From positions 64,001 to 128,000 of the forward strand of contig CAXXTC010000005.1 in NCBI GenBank assembly GCA_963666925.2: a stretch of DNA of 64,000 bases. The letters run 5' to 3'. The first letter of the stretch is position 1, and the number at the start of each line of letters is the position of its first letter. Both the position numbers and the translations under genes were made by a program. This DNA comes from Phycisphaerae bacterium (GTDB lineage Bacteria > Planctomycetota > Phycisphaerae > UBA1845 > Fen-1342). The notes under the pieces were generated by a model. It worked only from the letters and a program-made list of their open reading frames with translations. It was not told the DNA's origin and did not search any database. Below, piece after piece: positions 12,237 to 22,035 of this stretch.

Positions 12237-14048
12237 ATGAGCGAAAATCTCGAAGGAGCCGTCAAGGAAATCTGTCAGGCATGCGGCCAGGATCGGACGC
12301 GCATGATGGATATTGTCCGGGCGGTGCAGGAGCGTTTCGGGTGTGTCTCGAGCGAGGCAATGGACCTGATCGCGAAGACGGTCAACGTCCACCGAGTCGA
12401 AGTGGCCAGCGTGGTGTCTTTCTACGCGTTCCTCTCGGACCGGCCCAAGGGCCGAGTGGTCATTCGGCTGTGTGACGACATCATCGATTCGATGTACGGC
12501 GCTGAGCAGGTGCAGGCCGCTTTCGAGCAGGAGTTGGGCATCAAGGTCGGACAGACCACGCCCGATGGCCGGATCAGCCTGGAACACACGGCGTGCATCG
12601 GCATGTGCGACCAGGCGCCGGCGGCGCTGGTCAACGACGTCGTGGTGACCAGCCTGACTCCGGAGACGGCGACGGCCATGGCGCGTGAGTTGAAGCAGCA
12701 CCTGGACCCGCAGCGTCTGGTGCAGAAGCCCGGCGACGGCAACAACGCACACAAGCTGGTGCAGTCGATGGTGCAGAACAATCTGCGTCAGCCCGGGCCG
12801 GTGATCTTCAGCCCGATGAACCGGGCGGAAGCGATCAAGCGGGCGATCGCCCAAACGCCGGCGGAAGTTATTCGGGCAGTCAAGACTTCGCGTCTGCGTG
12901 GTCGTGGCGGGGCCGGCTTCCCGACCGGGATGAAGTGGGAATTCACGCGGGCAGCCCCCGGCGAGAAGCGTGTGGTGATCTGCAACGCGGACGAGGGTGA
13001 GCCGGGCACGTTCAAGGATCGCGTGCTGCTGACTGAGCGGGCGGACCGGGTGTTCGCGGGCATGACGATCGCCGGCTACGCGGTCGGTGCCGACACGGGC
13101 ATCCTGTACCTGCGGGCTGAATACGCTTATCTGCGGGCGTTCCTTGAGGACGTGTTGCAGCAACGGCGTCAGGAGAACCTGCTGGGCCTGAACATCTGCG
13201 GCAAGCAGGACTTCAACTTCGACATCCGCATTCAGATGGGGGCGGGGGCGTATGTCTGTGGCGAAGAAACGGCACTGATCAGCTCCTGCGAGGGACTGCG
13301 CGGTGACCCGAAGAACCGCCCGCCGTTCCCGGCCCAGAAGGGCTACTTGGATCGGCCCACGGTGGTCAACAACGTCGAGACGCTGTGCTGCGTAACCAAG
13401 ATCCTCGAAGAAGGGTCGGCGGCGTTCTGCGAGCACGGCACACAGGGCAGCACCGGCACCAAGGTGCTGAGCATCTCGGGCGATTGCCAGAAGCCGGGCG
13501 TCTACGAAGTACCCTTCGGCATCACGCTGAGCGAGATGCTGAAGATGGTCGGCGCTGCGGACGCCCACGCGGTGCAGGTCGGCGGACCGAGCGGGCAGAT
13601 GCTCGGGTCGGCAGACTTTAGCCGGACAATCTGCTTCGACGACGTAGCGACGGGCGGCTCGGTAATGGTGTTCGGGCCGCAGCGCAACGTGCTCCACGTG
13701 GCGGAGCGGTTCATGGACTTCTTCATCGAAGAGAGCTGCGGCTACTGCACGCCGTGCCGAGTGGGCAACGTGCTGTTGAAAGAGCGGCTGGTGAAGATTC
13801 AGAACGGTCAGGGCCAGCCGGAGGATCTGAGCTATCTTCAGGACCTGGGCGAGACGATCAAGGTGACCAGCCGTTGCGGGCTGGGCCAGACGTCGGCGAA
13901 CCCGGTGCTGACGACGCTGAAGAACTTCCGCGATCAATACGAGTCACTGGTGAAGGAGTCGGCGGAAGGTCTGCAACCGTCATTTGATCTCCAGGCGGCG
14001 GTTAGTGATGCGGCCACGGTCACGGGTCGCCAGGCTGAGCAGGTATAA
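12237..14048 (+). CDS. hoxF: NAD-reducing hydrogenase diaphorase large subunit HoxF (NuoE-like + NuoF-like)
   Basis: N-terminal NuoE-like region (CIGMCDQAPA), LRGRGGAGFPTG, NADEGEPGTFKDR, GAYVCGEET, ESCGYCTPCR. Confidence 0.93.
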   Translation: MSENLEGAVKEICQACGQDRTRMMDIVRAVQERFGCVSSEAMDLIAKTVNVHRVEVASVVSFYAFLSDRPKGRVVIRLCDDIIDSMYGAEQVQAAFEQELGIKVGQTTPDGRISLEHTACIGMCDQAPAALVNDVVVTSLTPETATAMARELKQHLDPQRLVQKPGDGNNAHKLVQSMVQNNLRQPGPVIFSPMNRAEAIKRAIAQTPAEVIRAVKTSRLRGRGGAGFPTGMKWEFTRAAPGEKRVVICNADEGEPGTFKDRVLLTERADRVFAGMTIAGYAVGADTGILYLRAEYAYLRAFLEDVLQQRRQENLLGLNICGKQDFNFDIRIQMGAGAYVCGEETALISSCEGLRGDPKNRPPFPAQKGYLDRPTVVNNVETLCCVTKILEEGSAAFCEHGTQGSTGTKVLSISGDCQKPGVYEVPFGITLSEMLKMVGAADAHAVQVGGPSGQMLGSADFSRTICFDDVATGGSVMVFGPQRNVLHVAERFMDFFIEESCGYCTPCRVGNVLLKERLVKIQNGQGQPEDLSYLQDLGETIKVTSRCGLGQTSANPVLTTLKNFRDQYESLVKESAEGLQPSFDLQAAVSDAATVTGRQAEQV

Positions 14049-14073
14049 GCTTACAGACCAAGAGGACACAGAT

Positions 14074-14793
14074 ATGAGTGCTGAAATCGTATTCACGATT
14101 GATGGTCAGGAGATCAAGGGGCGTCCCGGCCAGACGATTCTGGAGGCGGCGGAGCAGGCCGGCAAGTACATCCCGCGGCTGTGCTACATGAAAGGACTGG
14201 TCCCGCACGGTAGCTGCCGGGTATGCACCTGCTTGGTGAACGGCCGACCGCAGAGCGCGTGCACGCAGCCGATCGCGCCGGGCATGGTGGTGGAGAGCGA
14301 CACTGAGAAGGTCACGGCCTACCGTAAGAATCTCGTCGAGATGCTGTTTGTGGAAGGCAACCACTTCTGCATGTTCTGCGAGAAGAGCGGCAACTGCGAG
14401 TTGCAGGCGCTGGCGTATCGCTTCGGCGTAACGGCTCCGAAGTATCCGTACCTGTTCCCCAACCGGGACGTGGACGCGTCGCACCCGGACATTTTCATCG
14501 ATCGCAACCGCTGCATCCTGTGCGGGCGGTGCGTGCGGGCGTCGCGCGACCTGGACGGCAAGCACGTGTTCGAGTTTGTCGGGCGCGGTCCGCAGAAGCG
14601 TGTGGCGGTGAACGCGGAAGCCCGCCTGGCGGACACCAATCTGGACGTGACCGACAAGGCCGTCGAGGCCTGTCCGGTCGGCGCGATCCTGAAGAAGCGT
14701 GTTGGGTACGCGACCCCCATCGGTCAGCGGATGTATGACACGAAGCCGATCGGTTCGGATATTGAAAAAGGCGCGGAAGCGACTGCGAAGTAG
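14074..14793 (+). CDS. hoxU: Diaphorase small subunit HoxU (2Fe-2S/4Fe-4S)
   Basis: IPRLC, GSCRVC, HFCMFCEKSGNCELQ, RCILCGRCVR, CPVGA. Confidence 0.93.
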   Translation: MSAEIVFTIDGQEIKGRPGQTILEAAEQAGKYIPRLCYMKGLVPHGSCRVCTCLVNGRPQSACTQPIAPGMVVESDTEKVTAYRKNLVEMLFVEGNHFCMFCEKSGNCELQALAYRFGVTAPKYPYLFPNRDVDASHPDIFIDRNRCILCGRCVRASRDLDGKHVFEFVGRGPQKRVAVNAEARLADTNLDVTDKAVEACPVGAILKKRVGYATPIGQRMYDTKPIGSDIEKGAEATAK

Positions 14794-14807
14794 AGAGGAA
14801 CATAACC

Positions 14808-15353
14808 ATGGCCAAACCGAAAATAGCTACGACGTCGCTGGCCGGGTGCTTCGGCTGTCACATGTCGCTTCTGGACATTGACGACCGCATCCTGAAGCTG
14901 GTCGAGCTGGTTGATTTTGACAAGTCGCCGGTGAATGACATCAAGGAGTTCACCGGGCGCTGCGCCGTTGGTCTGATCGAGGGCGGCTGCTGCAACGCGG
15001 AGAACGTACACGTTTTGCAGGATTTCCGCCGGCACTGCGACATTCTGATCAGCGTCGGCGATTGCGCGATCATGGGTGGGATACCGGCGTTGCGGAACAC
15101 GATTCCCCTGAAGGAATGCCTAGACGAAGCGTTCCTGAACGGGCCAAGCGTGCACAACCCCAGCGGGCAGCTCCCCAACGATCCGGAGATCCCGCTGCTG
15201 CTGAACCAAGTATATCCGTGCCACGAAGTCGTGAAGATCGACTATCACCTTCCGGGCTGCCCGCCGCCGGCGGACACGCTGTGGGAGGCGCTGGTGGCAT
15301 TGCTGAGTGATAAACCCGTGGATCTGCCGTACGAACTGGTCAAGTACGACTAA
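14808..15353 (+). CDS. hoxY: [NiFe] hydrogenase small subunit HoxY
   Basis: LAGCFGCHMS, VGDCA..GG, LPGCPP; short, single-cluster form. Confidence 0.94.
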   Translation: MAKPKIATTSLAGCFGCHMSLLDIDDRILKLVELVDFDKSPVNDIKEFTGRCAVGLIEGGCCNAENVHVLQDFRRHCDILISVGDCAIMGGIPALRNTIPLKECLDEAFLNGPSVHNPSGQLPNDPEIPLLLNQVYPCHEVVKIDYHLPGCPPPADTLWEALVALLSDKPVDLPYELVKYD

Positions 15354-15367
15354 TCCGCTGCGGAGGT

Positions 15368-16843
15368 ATGAACGTGTCTGCAACGACAACCAACGGTCTG
15401 AAACGTATCGTGATCCAGCCGGTGACCCGGGTCGAGGGTCACGGCAAGGTGACGATTCTGCTGGATGAGAACAAGCAAGTGCAGCAGGCCCGGCTGCACA
15501 TCGTGGAGTTTCGCGGATTTGAGCGGTTTATCCAGGGACGCCCGTTCTGGGAGGTCCCTGTGCTGGTGCAGCGGCTGTGCGGGATCTGCCCGGTGAGCCA
15601 CCACCTGGCAGCCGCCAAGGCGATGGACCGCATCGTGGGCGTGGACGAGATCTCGCCGACGGCGGAGAAGGTGCGTCGGCTGATGCACTACGGGCAGCAG
15701 TTCCAATCGCACTCGCTGCACTTCTTCCACCTGTGCTCGCCCGACCTGCTGTTCGGCTTTGATGCCGACCCGGCGATCCGCAACGTCATCGGCGTGGCGG
15801 CGAAGTTCCCCGAGCTGGCCGTGCAGGGCGTGATGATGCGCAAGTACGGGCAGGAATGCATCCGGGTTACCGCGGGCAAGAAGATCCACGGCACCGGTGC
15901 GATTCCGGGCGGGGTCAACAAGAACGTGTCGATCGCGGAACGTGACTTCCTGCTGAAGGATCTTGATCAGCAAATCGAATGGTCACGCGGTGCGCTCAAG
16001 ATCGCCAAGGATTACACGGTCGAGAACCTGGAGAAGATTGCCCCGTTCGGGTCGTTCGATTCGAACCACCTGTCGCTGATTCGCGCCGACGGTGCCATGG
16101 ATCTGTACCACGGCAACCTGCGGGCGATCGACAAGGACGGCAACAAGATCTTCGACCAGGTCGATTACTCGAAGTACCTCGACTACATCATGGAAGAAGT
16201 ACGGCCCTGGTCGTACATGAAGTTCCCGTTCATCAAGTCGCTCGGCCCGGAGACGGGCTGGTATCGCGTGGGTCCGCTGGCGCGGATCAACGCCTGTGAC
16301 TTCATCGATACGCCTGAGGCCGAGGCCGCCCGCAAGGAATTCATGGCGGTCACGGACAACAAGCCGAACAACCTGACGATGGCCTATCACTGGGCGCGGA
16401 TGATCGAGCTGTTGCACTCGATCGAGAAGATCCGCGACCTGCTGAATGACAAGGACCTGCAAGGCACCGATCTGGTGGTGACCGGTGAGCGGCGCGGCGA
16501 GGCGGTCGGCCTGATCGAGGCCCCGCGTGGCACGCTGTTCCACCACTACAAGGTCAACGACAACGACCAGGTGACGATGGCGAACCTGATCGTCTCGACG
16601 ACGAACAACAACGAGCCGATGAATCGGGCCGTCCGGAAGGTCTGCGAGGACCATCTCCAGGGCGTGGAAATCACCGAGGGTCTGCTCAACCACGTCGAGG
16701 TGGCGATCCGGGCGTACGATCCGTGCCTGTCGTGTGCGACACACGCCCTGGGCCAGATGCCGCTGGTGATCGAGCTGATCGACCACGATGGGCAGGTGAT
16801 TTCGCGCAAGGCCAAGGGTGGTGCGCCGGCAGAACTGAAGTAG
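15368..16843 (+). CDS. hoxH: [NiFe] hydrogenase large subunit HoxH (group 3d)
   Basis: TRVEGHGK, L1 RLCGICPVSH, EAPRGTLFHHY, L2 RAYDPCLSCATH followed by a cleavable C-terminal extension. Confidence 0.95.
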   Translation: MNVSATTTNGLKRIVIQPVTRVEGHGKVTILLDENKQVQQARLHIVEFRGFERFIQGRPFWEVPVLVQRLCGICPVSHHLAAAKAMDRIVGVDEISPTAEKVRRLMHYGQQFQSHSLHFFHLCSPDLLFGFDADPAIRNVIGVAAKFPELAVQGVMMRKYGQECIRVTAGKKIHGTGAIPGGVNKNVSIAERDFLLKDLDQQIEWSRGALKIAKDYTVENLEKIAPFGSFDSNHLSLIRADGAMDLYHGNLRAIDKDGNKIFDQVDYSKYLDYIMEEVRPWSYMKFPFIKSLGPETGWYRVGPLARINACDFIDTPEAEAARKEFMAVTDNKPNNLTMAYHWARMIELLHSIEKIRDLLNDKDLQGTDLVVTGERRGEAVGLIEAPRGTLFHHYKVNDNDQVTMANLIVSTTNNNEPMNRAVRKVCEDHLQGVEITEGLLNHVEVAIRAYDPCLSCATHALGQMPLVIELIDHDGQVISRKAKGGAPAELK

Positions 16844-16855
16844 GTTGAGGTTTTC

Positions 16856-17386
16856 GTGGTGGAGCAGCGATTCGACAAGGTGCTGGTAATCGGGTTCGGG
16901 AACCCGGGTCGTCGTGATGATGGCCTGGGCCCGGCCTTGGTCGCGATGCTTGAGGCGGAAGATCTGCCGGGCGTCGCGCTGGATGCCGACTATCAGCTTA
17001 CGGTCGAAGATGCGGCCGAGGTGGCGGCGCACGACGCGGTGGTTTTTGTGGACGCCTCGTGCAACGGTGCGGAGCCGATGGAGTTTCAGCAGCTCCAGCC
17101 GCGGTCGGCCGACGCCACCAGTTTCTCCACCCACAGCGTGAAGCCGGAAGGAGTGTTGGCGCTGGCGGAGTCGCTGTTCGGCTCGGCGGCGCCGGGTTTC
17201 ATGCTGGGTATACGCGGATATGAGTTCAACGAGTTCGGCGAGGGGTTGTCGGATCGGGCGGCGGCCAACCTGGCAGCGGCGCGTGACTTCCTCTTGCCGG
17301 TATTGCGTAAACGTTCGTTCTGGGACGCGGTCCCGGTTGCTGGCGGCGAGCCGGCCGTAACCGGGCCACAGACCGGGGACATCTAA
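16856..17386 (+). CDS. hoxW: Hydrogenase maturation protease
   Basis: LVIGFGNPGRRDDGLG, VFVDA, STH; directly after hoxH. Confidence 0.9.
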   Translation: MVEQRFDKVLVIGFGNPGRRDDGLGPALVAMLEAEDLPGVALDADYQLTVEDAAEVAAHDAVVFVDASCNGAEPMEFQQLQPRSADATSFSTHSVKPEGVLALAESLFGSAAPGFMLGIRGYEFNEFGEGLSDRAAANLAAARDFLLPVLRKRSFWDAVPVAGGEPAVTGPQTGDI

Positions 17387-17760
17387 TGCAAGACGGAAAG
17401 CACGTAATTCTCTGTGTGGACGACGATCAGGACCTGTTGGACGCGCTGCGCCTGGTTCTGGAGAAAAGCGGTTACACCATGATCGGCGCGCGCAGCGGCG
17501 AGGAAGGGCTAGAGCTGTACAAGAACTCCGCCCCGGATCTCATCATCGTCGACCTGATGATGGAAGAGGTGGATGCCGGTACAAACCTGGTGCGCAATCT
17601 CAAGGCTGAGGGTAACACCAAGCCGGTGTACATGCTCAGCTCGGTCGGCGACCAGGTGAATATGAACATCGACTACAACGAGCTGGGTCTGAGCGGCGTA
17701 TTTCAGAAGCCGATCGACAACCAGCAGTTGCTCTCGGTGCTGAAGACGAAGCTCGGGTAG
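17386..17760 (+). CDS. Single-domain response regulator (receiver only)
   Basis: ILCVDDD, DLIIVDLMM, MLSS, QKP; ATG overlaps the hoxW stop. Confidence 0.9.
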   Translation: MQDGKHVILCVDDDQDLLDALRLVLEKSGYTMIGARSGEEGLELYKNSAPDLIIVDLMMEEVDAGTNLVRNLKAEGNTKPVYMLSSVGDQVNMNIDYNELGLSGVFQKPIDNQQLLSVLKTKLG

Positions 17761-17884
17761 TCCGTTTCCCACCCCGTGTTGTGTAACGGGATGGGGCACC
17801 CATGCCGAGTGACGGCGACATTCATGGGGACACGATCGAGCGCGCAGGGCGTTCTCGGTCGTGTCCCCGTGTTATGCGCGGGTT

Positions 17885-19438
17885 TCACGTCAGGTAGCGC
17901 TGTTCGCTGAGGCGCATCTCGGTTTCTCGCGGGTCCATCTGGGCCCATTGCAGGGCCACGACGGCGACCTGCATCCAAACCAGCGCTGCCAGCAGCAGCG
18001 CGACGCGACGCTGGGGAGCACGCAGCGGTGCCAATTGCAGCATGAACCCCAGCAGCAGGAAGGGCGCAAAGGGGATCCACAGCCGCGGGGTTTCGAGATT
18101 GGTGAAACCCGCCGTGGCGAGCATGACCAGCGCGGTGAGCAGCAACAGGTAGCGGCCGAAACGTGCGTCGCGGTCGGCGGCGTGCGGCAGGCCATCTGGC
18201 GCACCGATGTTGAACAGGCCAACGGTCCACAACGCCGGCCCGGCAAAGAGCGCGAACAGCGGCAGGCCGAGCAGTTGCCAGGCGAGCGGCATGGCGTCCG
18301 GGCCGCGAGTGACGGTGCCCTGGGCGTGGGCGACGGCCAGGAGCGTAGCCGGCAGGTTGAAATCGCAGCAGAGCCACAACAGCAGGACGGTCGCGACGCT
18401 GGCCAGCGTCGCGGGCAGCAACGTGCGGAACAGCCAGCGGCGTGGGCCGCCGGATTCGCGCCGGGCGTCGAGCAGCGTCGCGCCGAGCAGGATCAGCGCG
18501 ATCCAGATGTGCACGAGGCTGGCGACGGTGGCGAGGGTCGCCAATGCGCCGGCGATTAGAGCGCAGACGATGGATCGGCGGCGCCAGGCTAGCAGCCAGC
18601 ACAGGGCCGGCAGTGCGACGGAGAGCAATTGGGCCGGATCTTTGCCGGGCACGAACAACAGCGTCATCGGGTTGAAGACGCAGCAAAGTGCGAAACAGGC
18701 GGCACTGGCCGGCGTTAGCAGCAGACGTGCCAGGGCGTAGAGCGCCGCCCCACTGAGCAGCCACAGGGCGATCAGCACCATGAAGAACGCCAGCCCGGTG
18801 GTGGTCCAGCGCAACAGGTGTTGCGTGGGGGTGGCCTCGCGGAAGTCCTGCGCGAGCCACGCGACCAGGTGCGGTCGGTGTTGTGCGACGCGGTCGACCG
18901 CGACGGCCAGCAACGTCGCGCCGGGCGGGTTGCTGATGACGCGTGTGCCGCGGAGTTCGGCGGGTGACGAGGCGGCCCGCTGGGGGAAGTTGTGCAGGTA
19001 ATCGCGGACGGAGGTGATGTCGACGGCCTCCTTGACGAACGCGCCGTCGTGCGATGGTGAATGCGTGTTGAACACGTGCTGATTGACGTGATAGGGCGGG
19101 GCGTACCAGGACCACATGCCCAGAGTGATGCCGGGGATAATGAGCAGCGCGAGGCCGGTGAGTCGGCGGGCGATCCGCTGGCCAGCCAGGAACCAGATTG
19201 AGAGCGCCAGTGCGCCGCCGATCGGCAGTGCCACCAGGGCACTCTGCAATCGCCAGCCGACGACGGGCGAGTAGAGGTAGACGAATCGGCCCGGGCAGCC
19301 GAGCGGGATATTCAGACGGCGCAGGATAATCGTCGCGACCAACGGCACGACGGCGGCGATGATGAGCAGGTACCACGGGCGGTGGTCGGGCGCGCGACCG
19401 AGCTGGCGGGCGGCGTGTTGGGCCGGTTCACGTTTCAT
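17885..19438 (-). CDS. Polytopic membrane protein, probable GT-C fold glycosyltransferase-like
   Basis: About 11 hydrophobic segments, loop motif SNPPG, late ETPRLW motif; overlaps the upstream MFS-acyltransferase gene. Confidence 0.55.
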   Translation of the reverse strand: MKREPAQHAARQLGRAPDHRPWYLLIIAAVVPLVATIILRRLNIPLGCPGRFVYLYSPVVGWRLQSALVALPIGGALALSIWFLAGQRIARRLTGLALLIIPGITLGMWSWYAPPYHVNQHVFNTHSPSHDGAFVKEAVDITSVRDYLHNFPQRAASSPAELRGTRVISNPPGATLLAVAVDRVAQHRPHLVAWLAQDFREATPTQHLLRWTTTGLAFFMVLIALWLLSGAALYALARLLLTPASAACFALCCVFNPMTLLFVPGKDPAQLLSVALPALCWLLAWRRRSIVCALIAGALATLATVASLVHIWIALILLGATLLDARRESGGPRRWLFRTLLPATLASVATVLLLWLCCDFNLPATLLAVAHAQGTVTRGPDAMPLAWQLLGLPLFALFAGPALWTVGLFNIGAPDGLPHAADRDARFGRYLLLLTALVMLATAGFTNLETPRLWIPFAPFLLLGFMLQLAPLRAPQRRVALLLAALVWMQVAVVALQWAQMDPRETEMRLSEQRYLT

Positions 19439-21344
19439 CGTCGGCCTCTGGCGCCAGGGCGTTGATGCGCTGCCAGATCAGATCGCTGAGGTCGCGGGCG
19501 GTCTGCTTGTCACGTTCGCGGCCACGATAGTCTGACATGTGTATGGGTTGACCATAGCGGACCCGGGCGTTGTGGCGCATGAAATAGGCCCGGAAGGGGT
19601 TGTAGGCGTAACGGGTGCCGCTGATGTGACAGGGCACGACGGTGGCGCCGCTGCGTAGCGCGAGCACGCTGACGCCGACCTTGGCGTCGGGCTCCGGCTC
19701 GCTGTTGGCATCGACGTAAGTTCCCTGGGGGAAGATCCCCAGGCAGCCGTCGCGGCGGAGCAGCCGCAGCGACTGTTCGAGGAATGATTTGCCCGGGCGG
19801 TCGCGATTGATCGGGATGCAATCCGCCTGTCGCATGAACCAGCCGGCCAGCGGGCGGTGGTAGTATTTCTGCTCGACGACAAAGCTGATCGGGCGGGTGG
19901 TGGTCACAAGAATCAGCAGCGGATCGATGCCGGCGGTGTGATTGGCGGCGAGGATGACGGGCCCCTCGCGGGGAATGGTGCAGGGCCCGACGCGCCGGAC
20001 GCGGGCGAGCAGCCGAATGTAGAGCGTGGAGATCTGATACAGCAACCAGAGCAGCGGTCCGACGGGCTGGGCGCGGGTGTAGGTGCGCCAGGCGAACCAC
20101 GCGGTGGCGAGCATGCAAACGCCGACGACTGTCAGCAGTGTGGGGATGTAGCGGTCGAGGTGCGGGATGTGTGACAGGCCAAGCAATCCGGTGGCGCCGG
20201 CGATGGCGGCCATGGTGCACATATCGGAGACGCCGAAGACGCGTCCGCGGCGCGCGTCGGGAACGAAGCGTTGGACGACGACCATGACGGTGACGAGGAT
20301 GCCGGCTCCGTGCACGCCGATCATCAGCAGGCACAGTCCGGTAAAGATGCGTCCGAGCTTGAAAACGACGGCTGCGTCGAGAAGGAAGATCCAGCAGGCG
20401 CCGCCGGTGACTGAGGCGAGCACGGCCAGCGGGATCGGCAGGGCCGACCCGACGAGCGTGAGAAGTGCGGCGCCGACGGCCAGGCCGGCGGCGATGAGGC
20501 CGCGATACATGCCAGCGTCGGTGAACTGGCCGGCGAAAACGTCGCGTACGATGGCGGGTACGACCGAGATGACCACGCCGGCCGACGCCCAGAACACCAC
20601 GCCCAGCATGATGATCTGCAATACCCGGCGGTGGTTCCAGACGTAAGCGAAGCCCTCGCGCAGCGGCGTCAGCACGCCGGGAGTGATCGTGTGTCGAACC
20701 GCGCGTGAGCGGGACATGAGGATGCCGGCGAGCAGCGCGGCGCTGACCAGGAACGTGAGCGCGTCGAGGCGGTAGTTCCAATAGAGCTCGAAATGGCCGG
20801 CCAGCGCCCGGTCGACCAGCAGCCCGCCGACGATGGCGCTGAGGATGGCACCGATAGTGCCGAGGGCGCTGATCATGGCATTGGCGCGGACGAGCTGATC
20901 GGGGCGGATCAGCGTGGGGATCATGGCCTGACGAGCAGGTGAAAAGAAGGCAGCCAGGGCGCCGGTGGCGGCCAGCGGCAGGGCGACGGCGTAGTCGCCG
21001 AAGCCGAAGCCAGCCAACCAGGGCACGGTTATGCTCAGGCTGATCATTATGCCGGCGCGGAGGATGTCGGTGACGATCATGGTGGCCTGGCGGCTGAAGC
21101 GGTCGGCCCACCAGCCGGCGAGGGGCCCGAAGATGACGAAGGGCATGAAGAAGAAGAACGTCATCAGGGCCTGTACGCGGGTGATGTCGTCGCGCTCGAG
21201 CCCGCCGGCCTCCTGGAGCAGGGCCATCTCGCTGAGGTGGTCGCCGAAGGCGCTGACGCCGTAGGCCGCCCACAACAGGACAAAGTTGCGATTGAGGACC
21301 AACCAGCGGGGCAGGTGAGATTCGTTGGACGGGTTGGCGGACAT
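19428..21344 (-). CDS. MFS transporter fused to C-terminal PlsC-type acyltransferase (LplT/Aas-like)
   Basis: MFS motif GWWADRFSR with 12 TM segments; acyltransferase NHTAGID and IFPQG motifs. Confidence 0.88.
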   Translation of the reverse strand: MSANPSNESHLPRWLVLNRNFVLLWAAYGVSAFGDHLSEMALLQEAGGLERDDITRVQALMTFFFFMPFVIFGPLAGWWADRFSRQATMIVTDILRAGIMISLSITVPWLAGFGFGDYAVALPLAATGALAAFFSPARQAMIPTLIRPDQLVRANAMISALGTIGAILSAIVGGLLVDRALAGHFELYWNYRLDALTFLVSAALLAGILMSRSRAVRHTITPGVLTPLREGFAYVWNHRRVLQIIMLGVVFWASAGVVISVVPAIVRDVFAGQFTDAGMYRGLIAAGLAVGAALLTLVGSALPIPLAVLASVTGGACWIFLLDAAVVFKLGRIFTGLCLLMIGVHGAGILVTVMVVVQRFVPDARRGRVFGVSDMCTMAAIAGATGLLGLSHIPHLDRYIPTLLTVVGVCMLATAWFAWRTYTRAQPVGPLLWLLYQISTLYIRLLARVRRVGPCTIPREGPVILAANHTAGIDPLLILVTTTRPISFVVEQKYYHRPLAGWFMRQADCIPINRDRPGKSFLEQSLRLLRRDGCLGIFPQGTYVDANSEPEPDAKVGVSVLALRSGATVVPCHISGTRYAYNPFRAYFMRHNARVRYGQPIHMSDYRGRERDKQTARDLSDLIWQRINALAPEADDET

Positions 21345-21532
21345 ATTATCCCGGCAAATGCGCTGGAGCGCGGGGCACGGCACGGTTGCAGGAGATACGA
21401 CGATTGCTCGGCAGACTGTACGCAGCGGTCGGGCAGGCGTAAAGGCGGGCGGCTGCGACGGGTTGCCAGGCGCGCGGTACAATAGGGAGTGCGTGGAATT
21501 GAGCCGACGACCCCCAGCAACGGAGGAAAGCG

Positions 21533-22033
21533 ATGCTGATCCCGCAATGCCGGCTGTCACTGGTCGTGATGATCGGGGTGCTGGGCCTGGTGGTGGTGCT
21601 GAGCGGCTGTGAGGCGCGGTCAACCGATCGCGACCAGACGGTTCGCGACCAGCAGCCAACCACGGAGAAGCCGACAACCAAGCCGACAACGGAGCAACCC
21701 GCCGACCAGCTTGCTACAAGCCAGCCGGCGGACGAGGTCGAGGAGCGGGCGGAGCCGAAGCTGCCCGAATGGCTCACGGTCATGGACAAGTTCGACGATC
21801 AGCAGCCGGTGCGGGTGGACATATTGGCGGCGGCCGACCGGCGACTGGCGATCGACACGCACAACGTGCAGCGGCTGAAAATCGAGCGAGCCAACCTGCC
21901 TCTGGAAACCAACCGCAGCATATCGCTCCAACTCGACGGGCAGGGTCTTGAATGGCGCAGCGACTCAACCGTGACGATTTTCGAGCGGCTTCGGACCGGG
22001 GAATGGGTGCCGGTGAAGGCCGACGGCCGCTAG
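21533..22033 (+). CDS. Hypothetical lipoprotein
   Basis: Hydrophobic N-terminus with lipobox LSGC, P/T/Q-rich linker, GGAGG RBS. Confidence 0.65.
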   Translation: MLIPQCRLSLVVMIGVLGLVVVLSGCEARSTDRDQTVRDQQPTTEKPTTKPTTEQPADQLATSQPADEVEERAEPKLPEWLTVMDKFDDQQPVRVDILAAADRRLAIDTHNVQRLKIERANLPLETNRSISLQLDGQGLEWRSDSTVTIFERLRTGEWVPVKADGR

Positions 22034-22035
22034 GC

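Noticed and set aside
11844..13937. Long antisense ORFs (also 46392-48527, 4188-5597, 41474-42970, 19510-21273)
   Set aside because: Shadow frames of real genes in high-GC DNA; no motifs of their own.
15368..16843. [NiFeSe] hydrogenase, given the Sec machinery
   Set aside because: The L2 motif is DPCLSC with Cys codons and there is no in-frame TGA.
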